From Macrostomum lignano (taxonomy: Eukaryota), in contig NIVC01000618.1 of the NCBI GenBank assembly GCA_002269645.1, forward strand, positions 62,001-126,000: DNA of 64,000 bases. The letters are read 5' to 3'. The notes under the pieces are model-generated. The model had not been told where the DNA came from, ran no database searches, and worked only from the letters and a program-made list of their open reading frames with translations. Numbering within the stretch: position 1 is the first letter of the stretch; each line of letters starts with the position of its first letter. Positions 13,001 through 24,675 of this stretch are shown one piece after another. The position numbers were made by a program, and so were the translations under genes.

Positions 13001-16000
13001 AAGGATTTGCGCGTACGCTTCTCTCCAACTCTCCAACTGGCCCAGGGCGATGGGGGGTTGGAGGGAGGTGGCAAAGCATTGGCCGACTGGGCAGGGGAAC
13101 AGATGCGTCACTTCATCAATGCAGTTGGCCAAGTTCAATACCTCAGACTTGTTAGTTTACTTAAGCTGGCCAATCCTCCCCGTGTATGGCCCCACCGGCC
13201 TCTAATGGGAGATAGATGGGAGCAGTATAAGCATTGGGATTCCGTGGGTTTGATTAGGGCGATTCTCTGTGCTGGATTAGGGCGATTCTCTGTGCTACAT
13301 TAGGGCGATTCTCTGTGCTACATTAGGGCGATTCTCTGTGCTGGATTAGGGCGATTCTCTGTGCTGGATTAGGGCGATTCTCTGTGCTGGATTAGGGCGA
13401 TTCTCTGTGCTACATTAGGGCGATTCTCTGTGCTACATTAGGGCGATTCTCTGTGCTGGATTAGGGCGATTCTCTGTGCTGGATTAGGGCGATTCTCTGT
13501 GCTGGATTAGGGCGATTCTCTGTGCTACATTAGGGCGATTCTCTGTGCTGGATAAGGGCGATTCTCTGTGCTGGATTAGGGCGATTCTCTGTGCTGGATT
13601 AGGGCGATTCTCTGTGCTGGATTAGGGCGATTCTCTGTGCTGGATTAGGGCGATTCTCTGTGCTGGATTAGGGCGATTCTCTGTGCTGGATTAGGGCGAT
13701 TCTCTGTGCTGGATTAGGGCGATTCTCTGTGCTACATTAGGGCGATTCTCTGTGCTGGATTAGGGCGATTCTCTGTGCTGGATTAGGGCGATTCTCTGTG
13801 CTGGATTAGGGCGATTCTCTGTGCTGGATTAGGGCGATTCTCTGTGCTGGATTAGGGCGATTCTCTGTGCTACATTAGGGCGATTCTCTGTGCTGGATTA
13901 GGGCGATTCTCTGTGCTGGATTAGGGCGATTCTCTGTGCTGGATTAGGGCGATTCTCTGTGCTACATTAGGGCGATTCTCTGTGCTGGATTAGGGCGATT
14001 CTCTGTGCTGGATTAGGGCGATTCTCTGTGCTGGATTAGGGCGATTCTCTGTGCTACATTAGGGCGATTCTCTGTGCTGGATTAGGGCGATTCCTTGGGT
14101 GGATTAGGGCGATTCTCTGTGCTGGATTAGGGCGATTCTCTGTGCTGGATTAGGGCGATTCTCTGTGCTGGATTAGGGCGATTCTCTGTGCTGGATTAGG
14201 GCGATTCTCTATGCTGGATTAGGGCAATTCTCTGTGCTGGATTAGGGCGATTCTCTGTGCTGGATTAGGGCGATTCTCTATGCTGGATTAGGGCTATTCT
14301 CTATGCTGGATTAGGGCGATTCTCTGGGTGGATTAGGGCGATTCTATGTGCTGGATTAGGGCAATTCTCTGTGCTGGATTAGGGGCGATTCTCCGGAGAG
14401 AGATCGCCCTCAGGAAGAAAAATCTCACGGCAAAAACGATTACATGTAGGAGAGAGCGAGATTACAGAGCGTAATTGTGAGCAAAAATGTGATTAGATTA
14501 GTAATACTGTTCTTACCTGTCACCCATTGCTGTAGAGGTAGCTTGAGTTGCCGTCAAGCCAGTAGCCCAAGTCAGCAGACACGGCACTTTGTCAGCATTA
14601 GAATTGCTGCCATCTTCTGCAAGCAAATACGGTACCAACAGAAAATACAGTAGGCTTGATTTCTGCAACATCTGCTACCACATCGCTTTTTTGCAATTCC
14701 AAAAATTCCAATTGTTGATTTTTTGACGCAGTTCTGTCAAAAAGAAAAGACCCAGGGGCCTGACAGAAAGTTCCTGATCGAGAGGAAAAGGAAGAGTAGA
14801 AAAGCGTTGCCAGGCATTGGAACTCGGGATTCTAGCCGAGTGTGAAAAACCACTGTATTCTTTTTCAACACGTGAAAAAAATATGAACTAGCTTCTGTTG
14901 CTGGCTAAACAACAGGAAATGTTGATGGCACTGGTAAAATTGAGAAAAAATCACGTACAGAACTTTCACAACACTGACAACAAAACAAAAAAACAGCCAG
15001 AGATCCTTGACAACACATTTAGACACTCTTGACAATAGTCAGATATACTCTTGACAATAGTGAGATATACTCTTGACAATAGTGAGATATACTCTTGACA
15101 ATAGTCAGATATACTCTTGACAATAGTGAGATATACTCTTGACAATAGTCAGATATACTCTTGACAATAGTCAGATATACTCTTGACAATAGTCAGATAT
15201 ACTCTTGGCAATAGTCAGATATACTCTTGACAATAGTCAGATATACTCTTGACAATAGTCAGATATACTCTTGACAATAGTCAGATATACTCTTGACAAT
15301 AATCAGATATACTCTTGACACAAAAGTCAGATATACTCTTGACAATAGTCAGATATACTCTTGACACAATAGTCAGATATACTCTTGACACAATAGTCAG
15401 ATATACTCTTGACAATAGTCAGATATACTCTTGGCAATAGTCAGATATACTCTTGACACAATAGTCAGATATACTCTTGACAATAGTCAGATATACTCTT
15501 GACAATAGTCAGATATACTCTTGACACAAAAGTCAGATATACTCTTGACAATAGTCAGATATACTCTTGGCAATAGTCAGATATACTCTTGACAATAGTC
15601 AGATATACTCTTGACAATAGTCAGATATACTCTTGGCAATAGTCAGATATACTCTTGACAATAGTCACATATACTCTTGACACAATAGTCAGATATACTC
15701 TTGACACAATAGTCAGATATACTCTTGACACAATAGTCAGATATACTCTTGACACAATAGTCAGATATACTCTTGACACAAAAGTCAGATATACTCTTGA
15801 CACAAAAGTCAGATATACTCTTGGCAATAGTCAGATATACTCTTGACACAATAGTCAGATATACTCTTGACAATAGTCAGATATACTCTTGACAATAGTC
15901 AGATATACTCTTGACACAATAGTCAGATATACTCTTGACAATAGTCAGATATACTCTTGACAATAGTCAGATATACTCTTGACACAATAGTCAGATATAC

Positions 16001-19000
16001 TCTTGGCAATAGTCAGATATACTCTTGACAATAGTCAGATATACTCTTGACACAATAGTCAGATATACTCTTGACACAAAAGTCAGATATACTCTTGGCA
16101 ATAGTCAGATATACTCTTGACAATAGTCAGATATACTCTTGACACAAAAGTCAGATATACTCTTGGCAATAGTCAGATATACTCTTGACAATAGTCAGAT
16201 ATACTCTTGACACAAAAGTCAGATATACTCTTGGCAATAGTCAGATATACTCTTGACAATAGTCAGATATACTCTTGACAATAGTCAGATATACTCTTGG
16301 CAATAGTGAGATATACTCTTGACACAATAGTCAGATATACTCTTGGCAATAGTCAGATATACTCTTGGCAATAGTCAGATATACTCTTGACAATAGTCAG
16401 ATATACTCTTGACAATAGTCAGATATACTCTTGGCAATAGTCAGATATACTCTTGGCAATAGTCAGATATACTCTTGACAATAGTCAGATATACTCTTGA
16501 CAATAGTCAGATATACTCTTGATCACACAAGCAATTTCGCTACAACCCATTAAACCTACAGAAAATATATATGAAATGTTGCACCATGCCTTTACACTAT
16601 GACAGACAGAACAGCAAACACACAGGCCGTAGTCGTTTAGATATTAGTAAAACAATTTTTTTACAATTGCAGAGGGTACAGCGCAGACACAGGCGCCCGA
16701 CTGTCTGGTGGTGCGACACTCAGTCCAACAAAAATAAATAGAAGAATTCAGGCTACACACAGCTTTGCCATCTATGAAGAAATTCCTGCCCGGATGTCGG
16801 CGAAGCAGACTTTCTATAGATATGTATGGCTGTTCAGCAAACAGTTTTCTTGTCCGTTGCAATGGCAATATAATATCTACTAGAAGAAATTAAAAGAATG
16901 AATCAGACTTTTGCCAATGGGCAAAGCCACTCTTATAAGAATCATGCTACACAGGTACAGTTTTAGTAAGTGTATACTAGCATTATCCTTTTAACAAACG
17001 AATAGATGCATAGCTGGTTCATAGTGAGTGGGTATTTCTGAGGTCACTCAATACCCACTTACTGAGTGGGTATTTCTTATCTCACCCCTGCAAGAGTGAC
17101 CTCAGAACCTCGAAATCTCACCCCTGCAAGAGTGACCTCAGAACCTCGAAATCTCACCCCTGCAAGAGTGACCTCAGAACCTCGAAATCTCACCCCTGCA
17201 AGAGTGACCTCAGAACCTCGAAATCTCACCCCTGCAAGAGTGACCTCAGAACCTCGAAATCTCACCCCTGCAAGAGTGACCTCAGAACCTCGAAATCTCA
17301 CCCCTGCAAGAGTGACCTCAGAATCTCGAAATCTCACCCCTGCAAGAGTGACCTCAGAACCTCGAAATCTCACCCCTGCAAGAGTGACCTCAGAATCTCG
17401 AAATCTCACCCCTGCAAGAGTGACCTCAGAATCTCGAAATCTCACCCCTGCAAGAGTGACCTCAGAATCTCGAAATCTCACCCCTGCAAGAGTGACCTCG
17501 GAACCTCGAAATCTCACCCCTGCAAGAGTGACCTCAGAACCCTGAAATTTCATCCGAAACCCCGAAATCTTACCCCCTAACCCTGAAATCTCATCCGAAA
17601 CCCCGAAATCTTACCCCCTTACCCTGAAATCTCATCCGAAACCCCGAAATCTCACCGAAGTCTCACCCCTAACCACGAAGTCTCACCCCTAACCCGCAGT
17701 CACACCCCTGACCCTGAAATCTCACCCCTAATAACGAAATCTCACACTTATTCCGCAGTCTCACCCCTGACCCTGAAATCTCACCCCTAATAACGAAATC
17801 TCACACTTATCCCGCAGTCTCACCCCTGACCCTGAAATCTCACCCCTAATAACGAAATCTCCACTTATCCCGCAGTCTCACCCCTGACCCTGAAATCTCA
17901 CCCCTAATAACGAAATCTCACACTTATCCCGCAGTCTCACCCCCGACCCTGAAATCTCACCCCTAATAACGAAATCTCACACTTATCCCGCAGTCTCACC
18001 CCTGACCCTGAAATCTCACCCCTGGAAGGGTGTTAGCCCCACCCCAGACTCACCCAACTGCCCGGAACAATGCGACTCCAGCACCGCTTCTCTAGCAGAA
18101 GCGCCAGCATCGGTCAGTGGCAGCACCGTCAAGTCCCATCGGGCAACTACCATCAGCAGTTGACTAGCATCGACATCGTCGACAATCCAGCAGGTGTACA
18201 AGCCTGAGTCGGACAACTGCGCCGAGTTAATGATCAAACGAACTCCTGTCCTGCATCAGGGCAACAAAAGACAAATGCATCAATTAGGGCGAACACACAC
18301 AATGCAGGACTTTAATTGAAGCAAACACAAGAAACATATTGGCCGGCAAATGATGATTGATGCCAGTCATTAGCCTAGAAAAAGCACCCTATGCCGGTAC
18401 AAATCGCATAAAGGAAAGACCTGATTGAATGCCCTTTCACTGCCACCAATAATACGCTAATGAGTAAATCTCTCTAACTAGTTAAACGTATTCTAATACA
18501 CTATTAGAAACTTTCGTTCTTTAATCAATAAATAATATCACATAAATATCAGAATGCATGTTACAATTTTTTATCCTGCGTCAAAAATACGATTTGTTAA
18601 TTGCTAAACTGATGGCCTCTGGCTTGGTAAAGCAACAAGGAAAACCATGAGTTTTTTTGGAGGGGGTGGGTTAGTGCTATTTATACACACTGCTTGACCC
18701 AGCCAGACCTCCGCTTGACCCAGTCGGACCTCTGTTTGACCCAGTCGGACCTCTGCTTGACCCAGTCAGACCTTCGCTTGACCCAGTCAGACCTCCGCTT
18801 GACCCAGTCAGACCTCTGTTTGACCCACTCAGACCTCTGCTTGACCCAGTCAGACCTCTGCTTGACCTAGTCGGACCTCTGCTTGACCCACCCAGACCTC
18901 TGTTTGACCCACTCAGGCTTCTGTTTGACCCACTCAGGCTTCTGTTTGACCCACTCAGGCTTCTGTTTGACCCACTCAGGCTTCTGTTTGACCCACTCAG

Positions 19001-19543
19001 GCTTCTGTTTGACCCACTCAGGCTTCTGTTTGATCCACTCAGGCTTCTGTTTGACCCACTCAGACCTCGGTTTAACCCAATCAAACACATGCTTGACCCA
19101 CGCAGACCTCTGTTTGACCCAAACAGACACATTCTTGACCCACGCAGACCTCCACTGTCACTCAAAAAACTCACCTGACAATTTCACCGTCACGCAACCA
19201 TCGAATTCGACTAGAGTTGGTCACGTGACCGCAGGGCAGCGCAACAGACGAACTGACGGAAACTGCTAATGCAGCCTGTCTCAGTTTATTCAATCGGATT
19301 CGATCAGCTCGAACAGACACCAACTGATTTTTATTATCCAATTGTATAAGAAATGCACTGCGAAATTTAGTCTGACTAATCGCTTCAGTTGTTGATTGAC
19401 ACCAATAGTAGCCCGTCTGGTTATCTGGCGACTTGAGTTTTATAGCTAGCAACAAGTTTGGCAACTGCAGTTGATACAGACGACTGCTGAATATTGACTG
19501 AACAGGCACTGCGTTGTCTCTTCTGCTCCTGCTGTGCCACCAG
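588..19543 (-). CDS. Multi-exon Ig-superfamily / fibronectin type III protein (at least 2 Ig + 2 FN3 domains; 5' end not found; 3' block duplicated)
   Basis: GT-AG exons with compatible phases join to give WLRDGEIVR|TGVRLIINSAQLSDSGLYTCW (Ig I-set) and APHRLINLRILSETAGRTVRVGWDRPEPATCLRIE|LRLQ...ATLADLPIGRSTNRLSARILGPDGRFSPS...VHVAWQPP...IADYIVAYR...FLVRVAARTAAG (two FN3 domains). Confidence 0.85.
1155..1466. repeat. 31-bp minisatellite (ggatgcttcagtgggtgactccacccctacc); duplicate at ~10189-10500
   Basis: Direct tandem periodicity. Confidence 0.95.
2334..3230. repeat. 23-bp minisatellite (gggcgattcttctagcagatcaa); duplicate at ~11368-12265
   Basis: Direct tandem periodicity. Confidence 0.95.
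4219..5360. repeat. 23-bp minisatellite containing TTAGGG (gattagggcgattctctgtgctg); duplicate at ~13254-14395
   Basis: Direct tandem periodicity. Confidence 0.95.
5990..7487. repeat. 22/24-bp minisatellite (ctcttgac[ac]aatagtcagatata); duplicate at ~15025-16522
   Basis: Direct tandem periodicity with interleaved length variants. Confidence 0.95.
8045..8925. repeat. 36-bp minisatellite followed by a related ~59-bp derivative array; duplicate at ~17080-18030 (two extra 36-mers)
   Basis: ctcacccctgcaagagtgacctcagaacctcgaaat units, then gaaatctcacccct-based composite units. Confidence 0.95.
9622..10112 (-). CDS. FN3 exon (second half of FN3-1 plus complete FN3-2)
   Basis: Acceptor ctcccttctag, donor gtgagt, 491 nt, phase 2 to phase 1. 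FN3 W...Y...V-x-A...G pattern. Confidence 0.9.
12324..12426 (-). CDS. FN3 first-half exon; duplicate at 3289-3391
   Basis: Strong polypyrimidine acceptor (ttcttctcctcttctcag), donor gtgagt. Encodes APHRLINLRILSETAGRTVRVGWDRPEP. Confidence 0.85.
12535..12705 (-). CDS. Exon of the Ig/FN3 gene (phase 1-1, 171 nt); duplicate at 3500-3670
   Basis: Acceptor tgcag, donor cag|gtgagt. In frame with the following FN3 exon. Contains VSGVTVSDAG (degenerate Ig E-F strand motif). Confidence 0.65.
14517..14616 (-). CDS. Probable small exon of the Ig/FN3 gene; duplicate at 5482-5581
   Basis: Acceptor ttgcag, strong donor ag|gtaag, open frame EDGSNSNADKVPCLLTWATG. Phase linkage to the neighbouring exons is not fully resolved. 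Confidence 0.45.
16650..16879 (-). CDS. Probable exon of the Ig/FN3 gene (3' boundary uncertain); duplicate at ~7615-7844
   Basis: Acceptor ttcttctag in phase 1 continues the 18054 exon in frame (VDIILPLQRTRKLF...SIYFCW). Donor not resolved. Confidence 0.55.
18054..18250 (-). CDS. Ig-domain exon (D-S-G-x-Y-x-C motif)
   Basis: Acceptor tgcag, donor gtgagt. A phase-2 junction with 19175 gives RTGVRLIINSAQLSDSGLYTCW. Confidence 0.88.
18695..19150. repeat. 21-bp minisatellite (tgacccactcaggcttctgtt), intronic
   Basis: Direct tandem periodicity between exons 18250 and 19175. Confidence 0.92.
19175..19543 (-). CDS. Ig-domain exon (end of one Ig domain, start of the next)
   Basis: Acceptor tttctttag and donor gtgagt. 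Encodes WWH...TGYYWC...VALPCG...IRWLRDGEIV. Confidence 0.85.
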
Positions 19544-20389
19544 CTAAAGAAAGGAAAATTTATTAATTTAATAAAATTAATTAATGCATGATTTGATAAT
19601 AAACAATCAGAAAAACTTACACAACATTTGAAGTTAATGGACACTTGAGAATTATTGTGGCATTCAATGCAAAATTAGCAACTTGCAGTTGCCTTGCTGG
19701 CCTGGATAAATCTAAAAAGTCAAGTCAAGATCACTTTTTTGAAGTGAAATGCATTGAAAATCATAATTTAATGAATTCCAAAGTAGTCATTTAAAAAAGA
19801 AAACACTATAGCTAATACACTGTAACATTTGTTTGCCTCTGCTTTATAATTATTTTGATATAAATAAAACTGATTATAGATTATATTTTTAACTTTATGG
19901 CTGATTTTGGATTTCAATTTAGCAATTTATCTTGATTTGGCTTATCTTACATAATTTTTTTTTTAAATTTAAATAAATTTTAAATAATTTTTATTTTTAT
20001 TTATTTTTTTGTTTAGATTATGACAAATGCTTATGAACTACAAGATAGCCAAAAAAGCATTTCCTAGATAGTCTGTCTATATAGGTTAAACAAGCTGTTG
20101 CAACCCGCGGATTTTGAACCTGGGGAATTCCAATCCCCCAAACTAATTTTGCATATATTCTGAAGTCTAAAGCCATACACAAACAAAAACTTGTTAATAG
20201 TTAGTAGGATGGAGGTAGATATAAAATGGAGCACATTTGTGTAAAATTAGGGTTTGAGGCAAACATTTGATATTGTTGGTTGGGCCTGGGGTGCTGTGCA
20301 GAATGTCAGGCAATGTCTGTCTGACTCTAAAACATGTATTGGCAAACTCTGGCCTCTCCCTGACTCTCCCTATGTCCCTTGGATCCTTT

Positions 20390-20793
20390 GAAACTTCTAT
20401 CTTCTCTTCTGTTTTCTCTCCTCTCTCGCCCCTCGTCTCTCCTCTCCTCTCTTCTCTTTTTTTCCTCTCTCCTCTTGTATCTTCCTTCTCTCTATTCTTT
20501 TTTCTATCCTCTCTTCTCTCTCTTGTCTGCTCTCTCATCTCTCCTTTTCCTTTCTCCTCTTTTATCTCTTCTCATTTCTCTCTGCTCTCTATTCTCTCTT
20601 CTCTCCCCTCTTCTCGTTCCTTACTCTCCACTCTATAAAAACTTCCCTCTTCTTTCAACTCTCTCCTTTACTCTCTCATCTCTCCTCTCTACTCTCTCTC
20701 CCCTCTTATATCTTCTCTTCTCTCCTCTCTCCATTCTTCTCTTGTATTTGCTCTCTCATCTCTCCTTTCTCTTCTTTTATCTTTTCTCTCTTA

Positions 20794-20830
<37 letters not shown>

Positions 20831-20870
20831 TTTATCTCTCCTCTCCCATCTCTCTTCTCCCCTCTAATCT
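20390..20870. repeat. CT-rich low-complexity / degenerate (CT)n tract
   Basis: Almost pure pyrimidine on the + strand. Confidence 0.9.
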
Positions 20871-20998
20871 CCCGTCATCTTTCTAGCCAATTTCTGAGAG
20901 GAAGTTGCGTAACTTCAGCTCCACTGTAATCTAAATCAGTCTAGCGTATGTAACAAGTTACAACCAAGGAAATATGCATTTCTTAGGTTTTGTCTACT

Positions 20999-22677
20999 GG
21001 GTAATTCCACGAGATGATGGTCGTTGGGTTGGAGCAAATAATAATCAGTAATCATACAAAAGACAAACTAAATTGAGACTTTGTGAGTTCTATATTTATG
21101 GGCGTGACCTCTAGATTAAGATGAGATACATTTTAAAGTCATTTGTCTTACTGTGTTGATTTAGCAGAGAGAAACTTTTGATGATGGTCGTTTTTGGTGA
21201 AAGTTTATGTATCCAACTTTATAACTTAAGTTTAAGATTCCTGCAAATCAGGCAAGTTTTTGTCTCAATTGATCATTAATTGTAGTAAACAATAGCTAGA
21301 TGAATGGTTACAAACAATTATTACATTTTAGTAGATAACTTTAACTGTGTTTCACATTTTTTCTTAAATGATGGTCATTGACTGACGGTTGTTTGTTTCA
21401 AAAAAACGACCTTCAGTTTTAAAAAGTGTATTAGGATTCTCTATTTTTAGATACAATCTTGGTTAAAAGATTGTTTATAATCCATAGTTGTTCATATAAA
21501 AACTATAACTTGCTTGTCTAACCATAAAATTTATTATACCTGTTTCACATTTCAGATCAAATGTACTTATGCACCTTCAACAAAAACATCATGATTGCAC
21601 AACTCAACATATGATCATAAAGATGGACAGTCCTAATCTATTCAAGAATTCAAAGAATAGAATATAACAATTAATAAAACCAAAGGCAAATACAGATTAT
21701 TTGTTAGGCAATAAGCAGTAGCACCAATGGATAGTAAAAACTTGAGTCTAGTTAGACTACTTATGCTGAAGATTGGGGCATGTGTTAAGGTGCATTGCAA
21801 ACTAAAGTGGAGAGTTCTAGGTGCATGGTTAGTAATTGGAACAACCTTTTTAATAGTGCAGGTTGAAAATGATTTTAAGGTATCAAACAAGTAATTGACA
21901 GTATACATTTTTAATAAAAGACTTGAATTCCACTATATTTTTCTTTACAATCAAAACTGTAAAAACTTTGAAAGAGAAATTGAATAAGTAATTCACATTA
22001 AAAAAGACATGATTTTAGAATATCAGTAAATTCAGTTTTTTGTATAAAATTTAGGAATAAATGATAGTAATTCAGGTTTTATGAAGATCAACAAATTTCA
22101 GAATACCAGAAAATGATGGTCGTTAGGTAACTTTGCAAGGTTTTTTAGCATGTTACACTTATCATAAACTAACAAAAATGACTATAAACTTAAATATAGG
22201 CTCAGAAAATATTTTAGCAAAAAATTATCAACTTATAAACCTCTTGAAAATTAGTACAACAACTTTTTGTAAAAAAATGATGGTCGTTTTTAACACTTAA
22301 AAAAGGGAAGTCAAACTTTTTGAAATAAAAAATTATGATAGATAGAACTATATTAGATCATAAAATTTTATAATTTCAGTCTTTAGATATAAGAAAGAAA
22401 GATTTTTATTATTTATGCACTTGATGCATTATGTTTATTAACTTTTTTTCTTATTGAAAACTAGATTAAACTTTTTATAATGTCCCGCGGGACATTTAAA
22501 ATCTTGCAAGGGTACCATGATCAAAACAAAATATATATACCTAGAGGTAGATAAATGTGTATGAAACTACATAAAAATAAAACTATACATAATTATATAC
22601 AAAATGAAATATTCACATTTGCAAATAATTTTTAAAAAAATTTCAATACCTTTGATGACCCTATCATGGAATAACCC
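20999..22677. mobile_element. Non-autonomous TIR DNA transposon with 4-bp TSD (Sola-like)
   Basis: Ends gggtaattccacga / tcatggaataaccc are inverted repeats. TACT flanks both sides (20995-20998, 22678-22681). Interior is AT-rich, with repeated atgatggtc motifs and a perfect palindrome aatgtcccgcgggacatt near 22480. Confidence 0.75.
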
Positions 22678-24256
22678 TACTGGCAGACAAAACAGCTTTA
22701 TTTGGCAGACTAATAGGATGCAGGCCCAGTTTTGCAATCTGTGGGAATGGACTTAAGTGAATTAAAACAAACATACATACTTTTAATAGGCTTTTAATAG
22801 ACATAGTGGCATGCTATGTATTATTGTACTATTTTTATACTCTATGGATATAGAAAATACAATTAAAAGTAGCATGCAAATCAAATCAAATCTTAGTGAG
22901 TGCCTTAATGCAAATCATAAAAGTTTAAAAATCTGTATGTTAAATTATATACAGTAGCTAGTGGAACCTTTGAAAAAATGTTGCAATTTTTTAATCAGAA
23001 CAATGTAAAATTGATCTAAGTATAGATGTCTTAATTGAAAAGCAATTGCACAAATGTAGAATTTTTTCATACAAATATATTGTAATTGATATTTTTAACA
23101 AATAAGATTGCATTTGGTTAAAAAACATTTAATAGGCCTAATACTTCAAAAATTTTCAAAGCTCCTCTTATCAAAGCTATAATTTAACACTATATATTTG
23201 TAATTTAGGGCCAATTTTTTCATTAATTGCAGATTTATAGACCAAATTGGTAGACAAAATGATTTTTCATGAATATTAACAAACAAAAAAGTAATAGATA
23301 AAATAAAATAGACAAAATTATCACTAACCACCTTGTTGTACCATAGGTTTCAACCTACTTTGGCAAAGGAATTTTTAGAAAAAGTCAATAATGGCAAAAA
23401 ATACTTTTGCAATGACTAATTTATCAAAAGCTAGCTATTTTGGCAAAGGATTTATTAAGACACATCTCGAAGAAATCCAAAAATTGAGTGTTTTTGTTGT
23501 TTTAGAAAAAAAGTTAAAATAAAGACTAACTTTATAAAGACTGTTTTATTAAGACATGTTTTTTATCTTGTGACAATTTTATTATTTTATTAGTAATATG
23601 TTGTTTTATTAGGTGTTATTCAATTACAGAGATATTTCAAAATGCTATTTATGAACTGGAACTAAAAGAATATAGTATATTGTTATCACCCTAATCTATC
23701 AATTGCACTTTGCATGTACATAACAATAACATAGCCACCAGCTAACTTGTGAGTTTTTCTATTCACAAATTACAAATATGTACAAATTGCATAGTGGTCA
23801 ATGAATAATTTATTAAAAGCTACAACCACTAGTAGTATTTATAATTAAAGGTAGCATATATCTTTTTACCAAATGAGTCACTTTTTTTGCCAAAATGAGC
23901 TATATATGTGTTATATATATTGTTTTGCTAGAAGGCTGAATATACATATATTTTAATGGACAAATATAAATAAGTTATTGTACAAACAAGTTTATTTTTA
24001 TACAAGGTCATAATTGATAGGCCTATTGATTAATAACATGGATCCCATTTTATAAATACTACAATTAATAAACAATTAACCCTATATATTAGATTTATAT
24101 TCACTTTGTGTTTTGTTTTTTTGTTTACTATTGTTTATATAGTTTATTATTGTTTACTAGATTTGTGTTCATTATTTAAATTTAAATAAAATATATAATA
24201 TATAAAATAAAATATTTATATGTAAAGTTTACGTATAAATTATGTATCCTTGTTGA

Positions 24257-24675
24257 CCAGGATGGAATTTTTGTACAAAATCCTGGACGCGTTCTATGCG
24301 CGCTAACAAAAACTTGTGCACATGCGCGCACATTTCTAGCGAACTTGCGCAACTTTAAAAAGCTTACATGTGCGCAGCTTAATATTCTTGGAAATCATGC
24401 ATAATTTCATTGAAAGTTTGAATATTGCACGTGTTACAGTAGAACAAAGTCATTATAACTTTAAAAACAAAGCTACCGAGAACTACATCAAACTGAAAAA
24501 TAATAAAATTTATTAATTTTTAAGGATTTATTTAAACTTTAATAGAACATCATAAAAAAGTAGTTAAAAAATTCAAGTGGCTGAAAACTTGCGCATTTAC
24601 GGGTATAAAAACTTGCGCAAAAAAATTGTGCGCAACTTTTTGTTCCAAACTTGTCGTGCAAAGATTCTATCTTGG
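24257..24675. mobile_element. MITE with ~21-bp imperfect TIRs and 8-bp TSD
   Basis: ccaggatggaatttttgtaca / cgtgcaaagattctatcttgg. CTTGTTGA is duplicated at 24249-24256 and 24676-24683. Internal aacttgcgca repeats. Confidence 0.8.

Larger units (their letters stand above)
1..18044. repeat. ~9.03 kb head-to-tail tandem segmental duplication (copy 1: <1-8938; copy 2: 8939-18044)
   Basis: Position 1 (gcatgatttc) recurs at 9035. All ORFs recur at offset 9034/9035. The copies diverge after 'tgttagccccaccc' (8938 vs 18044). Differences seen: one G in a poly-G run, two extra 36-bp VNTR units in copy 2, and a 1-bp C-run difference. Confidence 0.97.
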
